In this document: piece after piece, positions 19,489 to 29,139 of the stretch
Layout of the letters: the number at the start of each line of letters is the position of its first letter
Numbering within the stretch: the first letter of the stretch is position 1
Source: Candidatus Levyibacteriota bacterium
GTDB taxonomy: Bacteria; Patescibacteriota; Microgenomatia; Levybacterales; UBA12049
DNA: 64,000 bases
Direction of reading: 5' to 3'
Assembly: GCA_003152105.1 (NCBI GenBank)
Contig: PLZJ01000002.1
Location: 311,761-375,760 of the forward strand
Program-made: the position numbers and the translations under genes
The notes under the pieces: generated by a model
What the model was told of the DNA's origin: nothing
Seen by the model: the letters and a program-made list of their open reading frames with translations, nothing else
Databases searched by the model: none

Positions 19489-20088
19489 TTATCTTGAATA
19501 ATATTCAATAATCTGTTGCGTACTAAAGGGTACTTCGATATCTTCGCGTTTTGGCATTCTTAGTAATTTTCCAGAAAGGCCTTCTCTTGTTAGAAAAGGT
19601 AGAATTTGTGATTCTTGTTCCTGCTGTAAAATACTTGGATTTGTTTGGAATTTTACTGAAAGAGTTATTATATCGTTTTCTTTTACATGATAGGATGGTA
19701 TGTTAATTTTTTGATCATTAACTCTAACGTGTCCATGTACAACCATTTGTCTTGCCATTGCACGTGAGTTAGCAAATCCAAGACGATATACCACATTATC
19801 AAGTCTTGTTTCTAAGTAAGCAATTAATAATTCTCCAGTTTCGCCTTTCTTTTTCTGCATATTCTTTACTAGATTGCTGAACTGTTTTTCTAAGAGACCA
19901 TAAGATCTTTTTGCTTTTTGTTTTTCTCGAAGTTGTGTCCCATATTCAGAAAGTTTTTTAGTTCGTTTTTTTCCATGTACTCCTGGTGGGACATTTAATC
20001 TTCTCGCAAGAGAATTAGAAGTTTTATTTAGTATATTTACTCCTTCTCTTCTAGCTAATTTATGTTTGGGTCCTGTATATCTTGCCAT
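19489..20088 (-). CDS. rpsD: 30S ribosomal protein S4
   Basis: MARYTGPK.KL.RREG and the S4 domain ...RQMV.HGHV.VN. Confidence 0.9.
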   Translation of the reverse strand: MARYTGPKHKLARREGVNILNKTSNSLARRLNVPPGVHGKKRTKKLSEYGTQLREKQKAKRSYGLLEKQFSNLVKNMQKKKGETGELLIAYLETRLDNVVYRLGFANSRAMARQMVVHGHVRVNDQKINIPSYHVKENDIITLSVKFQTNPSILQQEQESQILPFLTREGLSGKLLRMPKREDIEVPFSTQQIIEYYSR

Positions 20089-20093
20089 AATTT

Positions 20094-20495
20094 TTAAACT
20101 CTCCTTTTTTTAGATGGTCTTGGTCCATTATGTGGTATCGGTGTAATATCTGAAATAGCAGCAATTGATAATCCTGCACTTTTAATTGCTCGAAGAGCAG
20201 CATCTCTTCCTGATCCTGGACCTTTAATATAAATCTCAACTGATTTTAATCCTTTTTCAATTGCTCTTTTAGCAGCATCTTCTACTGCTAAAGTTGCAGC
20301 ATATGGAGTTGAACGTCTGGTTCCTTTAAAACCTCTTGCTCCCGATGAGCTCCAAGTAATTGTTTCTCCTTTGTCGTTTGTAATAGTAACCAGTGTATTA
20401 TTAAATGTTGCTGTAACATAAATTTTACCAGTTTGTGTGGCTGAAGCATTAACTTTCTTTTTCTTAGTAGTTTTAGTAATTTTTTTTGTAGCCAT
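20094..20495 (-). CDS. rpsK: 30S ribosomal protein S11
   Basis: ...N.TLVTITD..G..I.WSS.G..GFKG.RRSTP.AA motif. Confidence 0.9.
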   Translation of the reverse strand: MATKKITKTTKKKKVNASATQTGKIYVTATFNNTLVTITNDKGETITWSSSGARGFKGTRRSTPYAATLAVEDAAKRAIEKGLKSVEIYIKGPGSGRDAALRAIKSAGLSIAAISDITPIPHNGPRPSKKRRV

Positions 20496-20498
20496 AGT

Positions 20499-20900
20499 TT
20501 ATTTTTTAGTTTTAGCTGATTCTATTTTTGCTGCAAGTTCTTTTTTAATTGCGCCAATTGTTGTTCTTTTTCCTCTTTTTGTACGCGCATTAGACTTTGT
20601 TCTTTGTCCACGCGCAGGTAAGTTATGACTATGTCTCATGCCACGGTAGCTGCCAATTTCTTTTAACCTTTTGATGTTATTTTGTACTTCTGCTCGTAAA
20701 TCTCCTTCAACTTTTATGCCGTCAATTATTTTTTGAATTCTTTTTTGTTCATCTTCGGTTAATGTTTTAACTCGTTTTGATGCATCGATATCAGCTTGTT
20801 TTAATACACCAACAACATTTTTTCTCCCAATTCCATATAAGTAGGTAAGTGCAATATCAACTCTTTTTTCGTCTAGTAAATTAATTCCTGCGATTCTCAT
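20499..20900 (-). CDS. rpsM: 30S ribosomal protein S13
   Basis: MRIAGINL..K......L..IYGIG... and ...YRG.RH...LP.RGQRT..NART. Confidence 0.9.
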   Translation of the reverse strand: MRIAGINLLDEKRVDIALTYLYGIGRKNVVGVLKQADIDASKRVKTLTEDEQKRIQKIIDGIKVEGDLRAEVQNNIKRLKEIGSYRGMRHSHNLPARGQRTKSNARTKRGKRTTIGAIKKELAAKIESAKTKK

Positions 20901-20902
20901 AA

Positions 20903-21016
20903 TTATCCTTGTCTTTGTTTGTGTCTTGGATTTTCACAAACTACACGAAGAACTCCTCGTCTTTTAATTATTTTACATTTTATACATCTTTTTTTAATGC
21001 TTGCTTGTACTTTCAT
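20903..21016 (-). CDS. rpmJ: 50S ribosomal protein L36 (37 aa; not in the ORF track)
   Basis: Hand translation of the minus strand gives [37 protein letters not shown], the Zn-ribbon L36 consensus (C-x2-C...C...H). Confidence 0.85.
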   Translation of the reverse strand: MKVQASIKKRCIKCKIIKRRGVLRVVCENPRHKQRQG

Positions 21017-21018
21017 AA

Positions 21019-21237
21019 TTACCTCACTCTATATATTATTCTTCCTTTTGCTTTGTCATATGGTGTCATTTCAATTCTAACCTTATCTCCCGGCAGAATC
21101 TTAATAAAATTCATTCTCATTTTTCCAGATAAATGACAAAGAACTAAAACTCCATTTGGCAATTCAACTCGAAATAATGTGTTAGGAAGTGATTCTTTAA
21201 CTACACCTTCTATTTCAAACGAACCTTGATGTGCCAT
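21019..21237 (-). CDS. infA: translation initiation factor IF-1
   Basis: ...G.V.E.LPN..F.VEL.NG......SGKMR...I.IL.GD.V..E..PYD...GRI..R. Confidence 0.9.
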   Translation of the reverse strand: MAHQGSFEIEGVVKESLPNTLFRVELPNGVLVLCHLSGKMRMNFIKILPGDKVRIEMTPYDKAKGRIIYRVR

Positions 21238-21293
21238 TTATAAAAAACGCCAACCTTGAACAAGTTGAGCTTATCAATTTTACCAAATTTTAG

Positions 21294-22046
21294 CTACGGC
21301 GTCAACATTACAGGTTTATTATTAGTTATTGCTATGCTTCTTTCAAATACTCCAGACAAACTGTGATCTTTTGTTTTAATTGTCCATCCATCATTTCCAA
21401 AATAATAGACATCGGGCTTACCCATATTATAGATAACTTCAACTGCAATAGTCATGCCTGGTTTTAGAGGAGGTGTGTTCGTTATTTTTTCAAATAGTAC
21501 ACCTGGAATTTCTGGGTCTTCATGAAGTTGTTTCCCAACTCCATGTCCAATAAGATTTCTCACTACACTAAATCCAGCACCTTCAACAATACTTTGAATT
21601 GTTTGAGAAATGTTTCCAATTCTATTACCCGCATGAGCTTCTTCAATCGCATTAAATAAAGCTAATTTGCCTACTTCTAAAAATTTCTCCACCTCTGGTT
21701 TTATTTTGCCAACACCAACAGTTTCAGACATATCAGTATTTAAGCCTTTAAAAAAGACACCGCAATCAATACCAATAATATCTCCTTCTTTTAACGTATA
21801 TTTACCTGGAATTCCATGAACTACAACGTCGTTTGTTGAAGCGCAGATTGAATGCTTATATCCTTTTACTCTCATAAATCCAGGTTCCCCACCATATTTT
21901 CTAATTTGTCGATTTGCTAGTTCGTCGAGTTCGATTTCATTTACTCCAGGTTTAACATGTTCAACTACTTGTGACAGAACATCTGAAAGAATTTTTCCTC
22001 CTTCTTGCATTGCTCTTATTTCAGATTGTGATTTATAGTGAATCAT
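21294..22046 (-). CDS. map: type I methionine aminopeptidase
   Basis: ...HGIP......GDI..ID......G...D...T..VG... and HG.G...HE.P. Confidence 0.9.
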   Translation of the reverse strand: MIHYKSQSEIRAMQEGGKILSDVLSQVVEHVKPGVNEIELDELANRQIRKYGGEPGFMRVKGYKHSICASTNDVVVHGIPGKYTLKEGDIIGIDCGVFFKGLNTDMSETVGVGKIKPEVEKFLEVGKLALFNAIEEAHAGNRIGNISQTIQSIVEGAGFSVVRNLIGHGVGKQLHEDPEIPGVLFEKITNTPPLKPGMTIAVEVIYNMGKPDVYYFGNDGWTIKTKDHSLSGVFERSIAITNNKPVMLTP

Positions 22047-22591
22047 GTTTGTAGCGTTTTTGTAATAATTTCTTGAATATCTTCTACGCTTTGTTCGCCA
22101 TTTATTTCAGTAAGTAAATTAATATGTTTGAAATATTCAATTACAGGTTTTCTGTCTTCATCTTGATTTAGTCTTCTTTTATCAATTATTTCAATAATAT
22201 CATCCTTTCGTCCTCTGTTGAGAATTCTATTATTCATTTCATCTATAGAAATTGATAAATAAAATACTCTGTGAATCGAAAGATGTGATTCTCTCAAATA
22301 ATCCAGTAATGTATCTAAATCTTCTTGCGTAGCAGGATAATTGTCTAATATAAAACCTGATTGTGCTTTATCCATTTCGTTTTTAAGCAGTTCAAATTTA
22401 AGGCTATTTGGGACATGTAGTCCTTTTAAACTATATTCTTCTAATCCTTTAATTGCTTTATGATGTCCAACACTCGATGCTTCTCTAATGAGATGACCCA
22501 TGCCAAATATAGGAATTTGTAACTTTTGTCCAAGTAATTTAGACTGAGTATCTTTTCCTGCAAAAGGTGGACCAATAAAAATTATTATCAT
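22043..22591 (-). CDS. adenylate-kinase-family paralog #3, divergent: P-loop GPPFAGKDT, NMP motif MGHLIRE, GFILDNYPA. The catalytic Arg of G-F-P-R is replaced by Ala
   Basis: Collinear with Adk motifs throughout, including an RGRKDD LID-like segment, but key residues are substituted. 4-nt overlap with the neighbouring genes. Confidence 0.55.
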   Translation of the reverse strand: MIIIFIGPPFAGKDTQSKLLGQKLQIPIFGMGHLIREASSVGHHKAIKGLEEYSLKGLHVPNSLKFELLKNEMDKAQSGFILDNYPATQEDLDTLLDYLRESHLSIHRVFYLSISIDEMNNRILNRGRKDDIIEIIDKRRLNQDEDRKPVIEYFKHINLLTEINGEQSVEDIQEIITKTLQT

Positions 22592-23130
22592 ATTTTTTTA
22601 ATAAATTCTTCTAATTTCTCTTTGAAAACTTCTATGTTTTCATTGTTTTCTATATACACATCAGCAATTGCTGTACAAAAAGCTACTTGAAGTCCAGTGC
22701 TTTTTTCATTTAAACCTAAGTCTCGATAATCAAGTTTATTAAACAACTCCCATGTCAATTTTTCGCGTTTTTTATGATTTTTAATTCTATTAAAACGAAT
22801 AGCCCTATCAGAAATAACAGCAACGAGTATGAAATTTTTACTTTTTCTAAGTTCTTCAACTTCGCCAATATTTCGAATGCCATCTATAACAATTAGTTTG
22901 TGATTTTTTGTATTTTCAATCGCTTTCTTAGCGAGAATACCACTACCATAATCTTTTCTCCATTCATTTCCAATATCTTGTAACACTTTTCGAGTATTGG
23001 GGAGATTTCGATTTTGTACTTCTTCTTCTAGAAAGGAAGATAACGTAATAAGTTTATATTTCTTTGATACAAAAAATGATGCCGCTGTGGATTTTCCACT
23101 GCCAAATGCTCCAGTAATGCCAATTACCAT
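22588..23130 (-). CDS. P-loop nucleoside/nucleotide kinase family protein (paralog #2; CoaE/dNK-like, exact specificity unknown)
   Basis: MVIGITGAFGSGKST Walker A at residue 5-17, then ...LIVIDGIRN..EVEEL... No DAD motif of canonical dephospho-CoA kinase. Confidence 0.5.
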   Translation of the reverse strand: MVIGITGAFGSGKSTAASFFVSKKYKLITLSSFLEEEVQNRNLPNTRKVLQDIGNEWRKDYGSGILAKKAIENTKNHKLIVIDGIRNIGEVEELRKSKNFILVAVISDRAIRFNRIKNHKKREKLTWELFNKLDYRDLGLNEKSTGLQVAFCTAIADVYIENNENIEVFKEKLEEFIKKI

Positions 23131-23132
23131 GT

Positions 23133-23678
23133 TTATATTTTGACTCCAAGTTTACCTAATATTTCTTGGAATATGTCCTTAATTGGTTTTTCACCATCAA
23201 CTTCAATTAATTCCCCTTTTTTTCTATAAAAATCTAAAACCGGCTCAGTAAATTTATGAAAGCTCTCAATTCGTTTTCTCAGTGCAGCAAGTGTTTCATC
23301 TTCTCTGCTATCTGTATTTCGAAAGCTCAGTCTCCATAGTGCCTCTTTGTCAGAAACGTTTAAGTAAATGACTTTATCTATGCCGTTTTTAAAACTTTTT
23401 GATTGCGTTAATGTTCTTGGATAACCATCCATAATATAACCCTTTTCATATTCTGGTCGTGAAAGGTATTCGCTTACTATTTCATTTGTCTTATCATCGG
23501 GTATAAGATATCCAGCGTTCATTATCTCCTTAATATATCTACCCATTGCTGTTTTTTCTTTGGCAATTTCTCTAAATATGTGACCTGTAGATAAGTAAGG
23601 AATAGCTAGTTTTTTAGACAACAAGTTTCCTTGCGTAGATTTTCCTGCTCCTTGTATTCCTATTAATATAAGTTTCAT
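23133..23678 (-). CDS. adk: adenylate kinase (short-LID type), the canonical copy
   Basis: ILIGIQGAGKSTQ, STGHIFRE, GYIMDGYPRT (catalytic Arg retained), ...VDGEKPI..I...I. Confidence 0.85.
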   Translation of the reverse strand: MKLILIGIQGAGKSTQGNLLSKKLAIPYLSTGHIFREIAKEKTAMGRYIKEIMNAGYLIPDDKTNEIVSEYLSRPEYEKGYIMDGYPRTLTQSKSFKNGIDKVIYLNVSDKEALWRLSFRNTDSREDETLAALRKRIESFHKFTEPVLDFYRKKGELIEVDGEKPIKDIFQEILGKLGVKI

Positions 23679-23683
23679 ATAAT

Positions 23684-24970
23684 TTATTTTCTAAAACCTT
23701 CGTAGCTTCTCATGACGAGTTGAGCTTCAATTTGTTTAATTGTATCCAGCACGACGCTAACTACAATTAAAATACCAGTTCCTCCTAGCAATAAATTTTG
23801 GACGCCAGTTGCTGTTCTTGCTATTGTCGGAAAGATAGCTATTAAACCGAGAAAGATAGCGCCTGCTAGTGTAATACGAGTTAATATATAATTCAAGTAT
23901 TTTGCAGTTGGGGTACCAGGTCTAATTCCTGGTATAAATCCTCCATATTTTTGTATTTCTTCGGCAATTTTCTTTGGATTAAAAATTACTGCAGTATAAA
24001 AATAAGTAAATCCAATGACAAGAACAAAATATAAGATATTATAAAGCCAGCCATTTGGATCAAACCATACGGTTAAATTCGTACCAAGCGCATGAAGCGC
24101 AGGATTTTTTACAGCAGAGAAATAATTCGCTAGTAATGTAGGAAGTAGCACTAGTGAAACAGCAAAAATAATAGGAATAACACCTGCTTGATTAAGTCGA
24201 AGGGGCAAATGAGTGGATTGTCCACCTGAAATATTATTACCGCGAACTGATCTCGCGTAATAAACCGTGATTTGTCTTGTTGCTTCATTGATTATAACTA
24301 TTCCTCCAATAACTACCAGACCCATAACAAGAAATGTTAATATGCTTCCAAAATTAGTACCTGTTGTCGTAGTAGCAGTTTGCGTAAATGCAACAGGGAG
24401 TCTGCCTACAATGCCAGCAAAAATAAGAACTGAAATACCATTTCCTACGCCACGTTCAGATATTAATTCCCCTAGCCACACAAGTAGCATAGTTCCAGCT
24501 GTCATAGTTATCACAAAAGAAAGTAGTCCAAGGGGAGTAAGTACTGAAATTATATCTTGGCTTTTTAAGAGAGCATACATTCCTATTGATTGTACTGCAG
24601 CAAGTGGAACAGTAAGCATTCTAGTATATTGATTTATTTTTTGTCTTCCCTGCTCTCCTTCTTTTGATAATTCCTCAAGTTTAGGAAACACCATAGTCAA
24701 TAATTGGAGAATAATCGAAGCATTAATATAAGGATTTAGTCCAAGAGCCATGATAGAAAATGAAGCGAGTGTGCCGCCAGAAAAAATATCTAAAAGTCCA
24801 AGAAATTGATTTTGTGCAAATAGGACTTTAAGTTTTGTGATATCTACTCCAGCTACTGGGATGTGAGCAAAGAGTCTAAATACGATAAAAATAAGTGCAG
24901 TAAATAATAGTTTTTTCCGTACTTCTTCTGCTTTAAAACTGTTGCGAAATAAACTTAATAAGTTATTCAT
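23684..24970 (-). CDS. secY: preprotein translocase subunit SecY
   Basis: Ten-TM protein with ...[16 protein letters not shown]... and ...[14 protein letters not shown]... Confidence 0.95.
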   Translation of the reverse strand: MNNLLSLFRNSFKAEEVRKKLLFTALIFIVFRLFAHIPVAGVDITKLKVLFAQNQFLGLLDIFSGGTLASFSIMALGLNPYINASIILQLLTMVFPKLEELSKEGEQGRQKINQYTRMLTVPLAAVQSIGMYALLKSQDIISVLTPLGLLSFVITMTAGTMLLVWLGELISERGVGNGISVLIFAGIVGRLPVAFTQTATTTTGTNFGSILTFLVMGLVVIGGIVIINEATRQITVYYARSVRGNNISGGQSTHLPLRLNQAGVIPIIFAVSLVLLPTLLANYFSAVKNPALHALGTNLTVWFDPNGWLYNILYFVLVIGFTYFYTAVIFNPKKIAEEIQKYGGFIPGIRPGTPTAKYLNYILTRITLAGAIFLGLIAIFPTIARTATGVQNLLLGGTGILIVVSVVLDTIKQIEAQLVMRSYEGFRK

Positions 24971-25443
24971 GAGTCAGTAGAAAGACCCTGTTTATTAATT
25001 TCTTTTTCTTCAACACTTCCCCCAGCTTTTTCGATTTTTATTTTCGCTGAATTTGATACTGGGAGTAAAACGGTTATTGGATTTTGTAATTCGCCGTCTC
25101 CGAGTATTTTTACTCCAAATTCTAAAGCATCTTGTGCGTTAACTATTTTGTGTTTTATTAATAATTCTAGTGTTACCTTACTGTTTTTTGGAACTAAATT
25201 TAAATATTTTATATTAACGGTAATTGGTCGTTTTTTAAATGACTTATTTCTTCCTTTCCCTCGTAAAAAAGGTAGGCGTTTTTTTAGTGGTAATGCACCA
25301 CCTTCAAAATATTGTGGAATTGATCGTTTTGCTTTTTGACCTTTAGTACCTCTTCCAGAAGTTTTGCCACGACCAGTTCCATGTCCCTGGCCACCTCTTT
25401 TTTTCGCTTTTGTAGTTGTTTTTATAAGTTTATGTAGTTCCAT
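24967..25443 (-). CDS. rplO: 50S ribosomal protein L15
   Basis: Gly/Arg-rich N-terminus ...[22 protein letters not shown]. It sits directly after S5, with no L30 gene between. Confidence 0.9.
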   Translation of the reverse strand: MELHKLIKTTTKAKKRGGQGHGTGRGKTSGRGTKGQKAKRSIPQYFEGGALPLKKRLPFLRGKGRNKSFKKRPITVNIKYLNLVPKNSKVTLELLIKHKIVNAQDALEFGVKILGDGELQNPITVLLPVSNSAKIKIEKAGGSVEEKEINKQGLSTDS

Positions 25444-25936
25444 GTTTTTCTCCCTTCATTGATTTGCTTGTTCTTTTCTTAATATTATTATATCTAATAG
25501 AAAGTAATTTAAGCGCCTCGATGGTTGCATATACATTACTTGCTTGATTATCACTTCCAAGTACTTTAGATGAGATATTTTTAATTCCTGCAGCTGATAC
25601 TACTGATCGTACCGCTCCTCCTGCGATTACTCCTGATCCTTGTGGTGCTGGTTTTAGCATTATTCTTGCTCCGCCTCTTTTTATGAGTATTTCAATTGGG
25701 ATAGTGTCTCGAATTATCGGAACTTTAACCATATGTTTTCTGGCCAAACTACTGCCTTTTCTAATAGCAAAAGATACGTCAGGAGCTTTTCCAAGTCCTA
25801 CCCCAACGTGACCATTTTTGTCACCAACGACTATAAGGGCTGAAAAACCTATTTTATTTCCTCCTTTAGTTTTTTTAGAAACTCTGTTAATTTGAACAAT
25901 TTGTTCAATAAACTCATCTTGTCTATTTGGTTCCAT
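25430..25936 (-). CDS. rpsE: 30S ribosomal protein S5
   Basis: ...V..I.RV.KV.KGG....F.AL.VVGD..G.VG.G.GKA..V..AI.KG...A... Confidence 0.9.
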   Translation of the reverse strand: MEPNRQDEFIEQIVQINRVSKKTKGGNKIGFSALIVVGDKNGHVGVGLGKAPDVSFAIRKGSSLARKHMVKVPIIRDTIPIEILIKRGGARIMLKPAPQGSGVIAGGAVRSVVSAAGIKNISSKVLGSDNQASNVYATIEALKLLSIRYNNIKKRTSKSMKGEKHGTT

Positions 25937-26277
25937 TAAAATTGTAATCCCTCCATTCTTGCCCCTTCAGCAACTTGTTTTACTCTGCCATGATACGCAT
26001 AGCTACCTTTATCAAAAACTACTTTTTTAATTTTTTGCTCAAGAGCTTTTTTTGCTATCTGTTTACCAAGTTCTAATGCTTTTTCGGACTTTGTGCCTTT
26101 GGCTGATATATTTTTTTCTGATATACCACATAAAGATTTCCCCGAAACATCATCGATTAGCTGGGCATATATATACTTATTAGATCGATAGATCGTAAGT
26201 CTTGGTATTGACTTATTACCTTCGATTTTTCCTCTTACTCGCTTTGTTCTTCTTAGTTTTGCTGATATTTTCTGCAT
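25936..26277 (-). CDS. rplR: 50S ribosomal protein L18
   Basis: ...RL.I.RS.K.IYAQ.IDD... and FD.G.Y.YHGRV. Confidence 0.9.
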   Translation of the reverse strand: MQKISAKLRRTKRVRGKIEGNKSIPRLTIYRSNKYIYAQLIDDVSGKSLCGISEKNISAKGTKSEKALELGKQIAKKALEQKIKKVVFDKGSYAYHGRVKQVAEGARMEGLQF

Positions 26278-26882
26278 TATTTACCTCCAACAGCTTTTGC
26301 TGCTTTTCCTGCCTTTCTTCTAACTTTTTCTCCCATATATTTTATTCCCTTTCCTTTGTAGGGTTCAGGTGGACGAACTGATCGAATTTTTGCTGCCATT
26401 TCACCTACTAAAATTTTATCTGCTCCTAAAACTGATATTGTATTATCTTTTACCATATATGTAATGCCTTCTTTAGCAGGAATTATTACTTGATGAGAAA
26501 AACCTACGGATAGTGCAAGACTAGTTCCTTGTAAGGTTGCACGATATCCAACACCAGTAAGTTCCAGTTTTTTTTCAAAACCCTCACTAACACCAGTCAC
26601 TAGGTTTGCTAAATTTGCTCTTGTTAATCCGAATAAGGCTTTTGAAGCATCATCATTAGTAATTTTTTGAGATACAATGATTTGATTATCTTTTACTTCA
26701 ACTTTAATAGGGTTTGGAACTGTATATGAAAAATTTCCCTTCGTTCCATTGATTGTTATTTTATTATCATCAATATTTACCGTTACACCCGACACGATAT
26801 TGATTGGTAGTCTTCCAATTTTACTCATATTACCAAATGCGGAATAATAGTTCTCCGCCGACTCCTTTCTTTTCTGCCTCAC
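26277..26882 (-). CDS. rplF: 50S ribosomal protein L6 (probable true start MSKIGRLPI at about 26828)
   Basis: MSKIGRLPI..V.GV.V......I...G.KG. The upstream part of the track ORF overlaps rpsH and is probably not translated. Confidence 0.9.
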   Translation of the reverse strand: MRQKRKESAENYYSAFGNMSKIGRLPINIVSGVTVNIDDNKITINGTKGNFSYTVPNPIKVEVKDNQIIVSQKITNDDASKALFGLTRANLANLVTGVSEGFEKKLELTGVGYRATLQGTSLALSVGFSHQVIIPAKEGITYMVKDNTISVLGADKILVGEMAAKIRSVRPPEPYKGKGIKYMGEKVRRKAGKAAKAVGGK

Positions 26883-27222
26883 GAGTTGTCATAACGCCTT
26901 TGCTTGTTGTGATAATAGATACAGTCATTCCCTTTTTTTCCATAGGTGTAATTTTATGTATTGGTTGATAGATTCTCAAAGACGGTTTAGAAATAATAGT
27001 AACGTCTGTGATGACTGGGTTTCGACTATCATATGCTATTTCTGCAATAAGCATTGTTTTATTTCCATCTTTTTGTTCTTTAATACTTGTTAAAAATCCT
27101 TCTTTTACAAGAGTAAGACCTATTGCTTTATTAAGCTTTGAATAGGGAAGTAGAGTATCTTTTTTTCGAGCTCTACTTGCATTTTTAAGTCTAATTACAA
27201 AGTCTGATACTAAATGATTCAT
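26830..27222 (-). CDS. rpsH: 30S ribosomal protein S8
   Basis: ...D.I.RL.NA..A.K. and ...TS.G.MT...A...GG.LL...W. Confidence 0.9.
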   Translation of the reverse strand: MNHLVSDFVIRLKNASRARKKDTLLPYSKLNKAIGLTLVKEGFLTSIKEQKDGNKTMLIAEIAYDSRNPVITDVTIISKPSLRIYQPIHKITPMEKKGMTVSIITTSKGVMTTREAEKKGVGGELLFRIW

Positions 27223-27232
27223 ATTTTTTGTT

Positions 27233-27418
27233 CTACCATGATGCCTTTACAACACCTGGAAGTTCTCCTTTACTTGCGAGCATTCTAAAACAATTTCTAC
27301 AAAGTCCAAATTTTCGCATATAGCTTCGTGCTCTTCCACAAATTTGACAACGGTTTCTGTCTCGAACCTCAAATTTTTGTTTTCTTTTAAATTTAACTAT
27401 ATCTGATACTTTTGCCAT
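27233..27418 (-). CDS. rpsZ: 30S ribosomal protein S14 type Z (zinc-binding, 61 aa)
   Basis: ...[23 protein letters not shown]... (C-x2-C...C-x2-C). Confidence 0.9.
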   Translation of the reverse strand: MAKVSDIVKFKRKQKFEVRDRNRCQICGRARSYMRKFGLCRNCFRMLASKGELPGVVKASW

Positions 27419-27421
27419 ATA

Positions 27422-27973
27422 TTATTTAGTTTTTTGAAAAGGCATTTGCATTGCTTCTAGAAGCGCAAATCCTTCTTCGTTAGTTGCTGCTGTTGTTATT
27501 ATTGATATTTCTAAGCCTTGTATTCGATCTGTTTTACCTGGGTCAATTTCAGGAAAAACAGTATGTTCTGGAAATCCTAACGTATAATTTCCATGTCCAT
27601 CAAAGCTTTCTCTAGGTACTCCATGGAAGTCTCGAATACGAGGAAGCACTATTGTAACAAGTTTGTCATAGAAATCATACATGCGTTTTCCACGTAGGGT
27701 TACCATAAGTCCAACAGGATCTCCTTCTCGTAATTTAAAGCTAGCAATTGATTTTTTTGCTTTTGTCGTTTTTGGTAGTTGACCTGCAATCTGAACAAGC
27801 GCCTCACGTGAACGATCAATATTCTTTTTATCAGCGAGTGAATCTTTTACGCCCATATTAATAACAATCTTTTTAATTTGTGGCGTTGCCATAACATGCT
27901 TCGCATGCATTTTATCTTGTAATTGTTTTTTCATCTCAATTATTTGTTCTTTTTTCATAATTCTGCACCACAC
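27422..27973 (-). CDS. rplE: 50S ribosomal protein L5
   Basis: ...N.M..P.I.KIVINMGV... and ...RDF.G........G.Y..G..E...FPE. Confidence 0.9.
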   Translation of the reverse strand: MWCRIMKKEQIIEMKKQLQDKMHAKHVMATPQIKKIVINMGVKDSLADKKNIDRSREALVQIAGQLPKTTKAKKSIASFKLREGDPVGLMVTLRGKRMYDFYDKLVTIVLPRIRDFHGVPRESFDGHGNYTLGFPEHTVFPEIDPGKTDRIQGLEISIITTAATNEEGFALLEAMQMPFQKTK

Positions 27974-28260
27974 TTTCTACATATTCTTACCTTTTCTTTA
28001 TTGGTAAGTTTGTATCCTACGCGTGTTTGTTGTTTACATTTAGGACAAAGTAACGCAACGTTTGAAACTGGTAATGGTTTTGTTAGCGTAATAATCTCAG
28101 ATTTCTGATTTTGCGTTCGCGCTTTTACATGTCTTTTATATGTATTTATATCAGGTAATAAAACTTTATTTAGTTTAGGAAAAATTTGTTCAATTTTACC
28201 GGTTTTACCTTTATCTTTACCAATTACTACTTTTACGTTATCACCTTTTTTTAATTTCAT
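27955..28260 (-). CDS. rplX: 50S ribosomal protein L24 with a C-terminal Cys4 zinc-ribbon (CPKC...CRKC)
   Basis: KOW motif [23 protein letters not shown]. The C-terminus is ...VSNVALLCPKCKQQTRVGYK...VRICRKCGAEL. Confidence 0.9.
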   Translation of the reverse strand: MKLKKGDNVKVVIGKDKGKTGKIEQIFPKLNKVLLPDINTYKRHVKARTQNQKSEIITLTKPLPVSNVALLCPKCKQQTRVGYKLTNKEKVRICRKCGAEL

Positions 28261-28634
28261 TACAATACCTCCGGTGCCATACTGGCAATTTTTGCAAATC
28301 CTTTTTCTCTAATTTCTCGTGGGATCGGGCCAAATATGCGAGTTCCACGTGGATTTTTATCTTTGATCGTATCAATTACAACTCCTGCATTTTCTGAAAA
28401 ACGAATATATGATCCATCTTTTCTTTTAATTTCCTTTTTGCTTCTTACTAATACTACTTTAACCATCTCGCTATCTTTGACTTGTCCATTTGGATTGGCT
28501 TCTCTGACGACACAATTTAAAATATCTCCAATATACCCAAATTTATGTCGAGAACCTCCATAAATATGCATAACAACAAGTGCTTTCGCTCCTGAATTAT
28601 CTGCAACTTTTAATATTGATCTAAGTTGAATCAT
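28260..28634 (-). CDS. rplN: 50S ribosomal protein L14
   Basis: [13 protein letters not shown]... Confidence 0.9.
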   Translation of the reverse strand: MIQLRSILKVADNSGAKALVVMHIYGGSRHKFGYIGDILNCVVREANPNGQVKDSEMVKVVLVRSKKEIKRKDGSYIRFSENAGVVIDTIKDKNPRGTRIFGPIPREIREKGFAKIASMAPEVL

Positions 28635-28900
28635 TATTTCTTCACCTTTCCATTTTTGCCATTTTGCACATCTAGTATTTTTTCAATTTTAAAATATTTA
28701 TCTTTAGATACTTTTTTTGTTTCACTAATTTGCACATTTTGCCCTTTTTCGACTACATTGCCATTTAAAGCTACTTTAAATTTTTTACTTCGTTTCATCA
28801 ATTTTTTATATAATGGATGAGCTACTCGTCTAGTTACTTCAACGATGGCTGTGTTTTGCATTTTTGTTGAAACTACTGTTCCTATTAAATTTCTTGCCAT
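28634..28900 (-). CDS. rpsQ: 30S ribosomal protein S17
   Basis: ...G.VVS.KM.NT..V.V.R...HP.Y.K... Confidence 0.9.
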   Translation of the reverse strand: MARNLIGTVVSTKMQNTAIVEVTRRVAHPLYKKLMKRSKKFKVALNGNVVEKGQNVQISETKKVSKDKYFKIEKILDVQNGKNGKVKK

Positions 28901-28903
28901 AGA

Positions 28904-29137
28904 TTATTTAGAATTAACTTCTCCTCCTTTTGTAAGTTGTAAAGATTGTTGTTCTTTAAGTGCTGTTAAAATTTGCGCAATATCTCTTCGTTTGGTACCA
29001 AGTGCACTTGTGTTTTTTAATTTATTTCTTGATAAATCCATAGTTAAGGTAAACAAGTCTTTTTTACCTGCTTGTAGCATGCTTTTTAGTTCAGCTGTTG
29101 ATTTAGTTTTTAGTTCTTTCTGATCTTTATTTTTCAT
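28904..29137 (-). CDS. rpmC: 50S ribosomal protein L29
   Basis: 77-aa coiled-coil protein in the conserved position (...[27 protein letters not shown]...). Confidence 0.85.
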   Translation of the reverse strand: MKNKDQKELKTKSTAELKSMLQAGKKDLFTLTMDLSRNKLKNTSALGTKRRDIAQILTALKEQQSLQLTKGGEVNSK

Positions 29138-29139
29138 AT

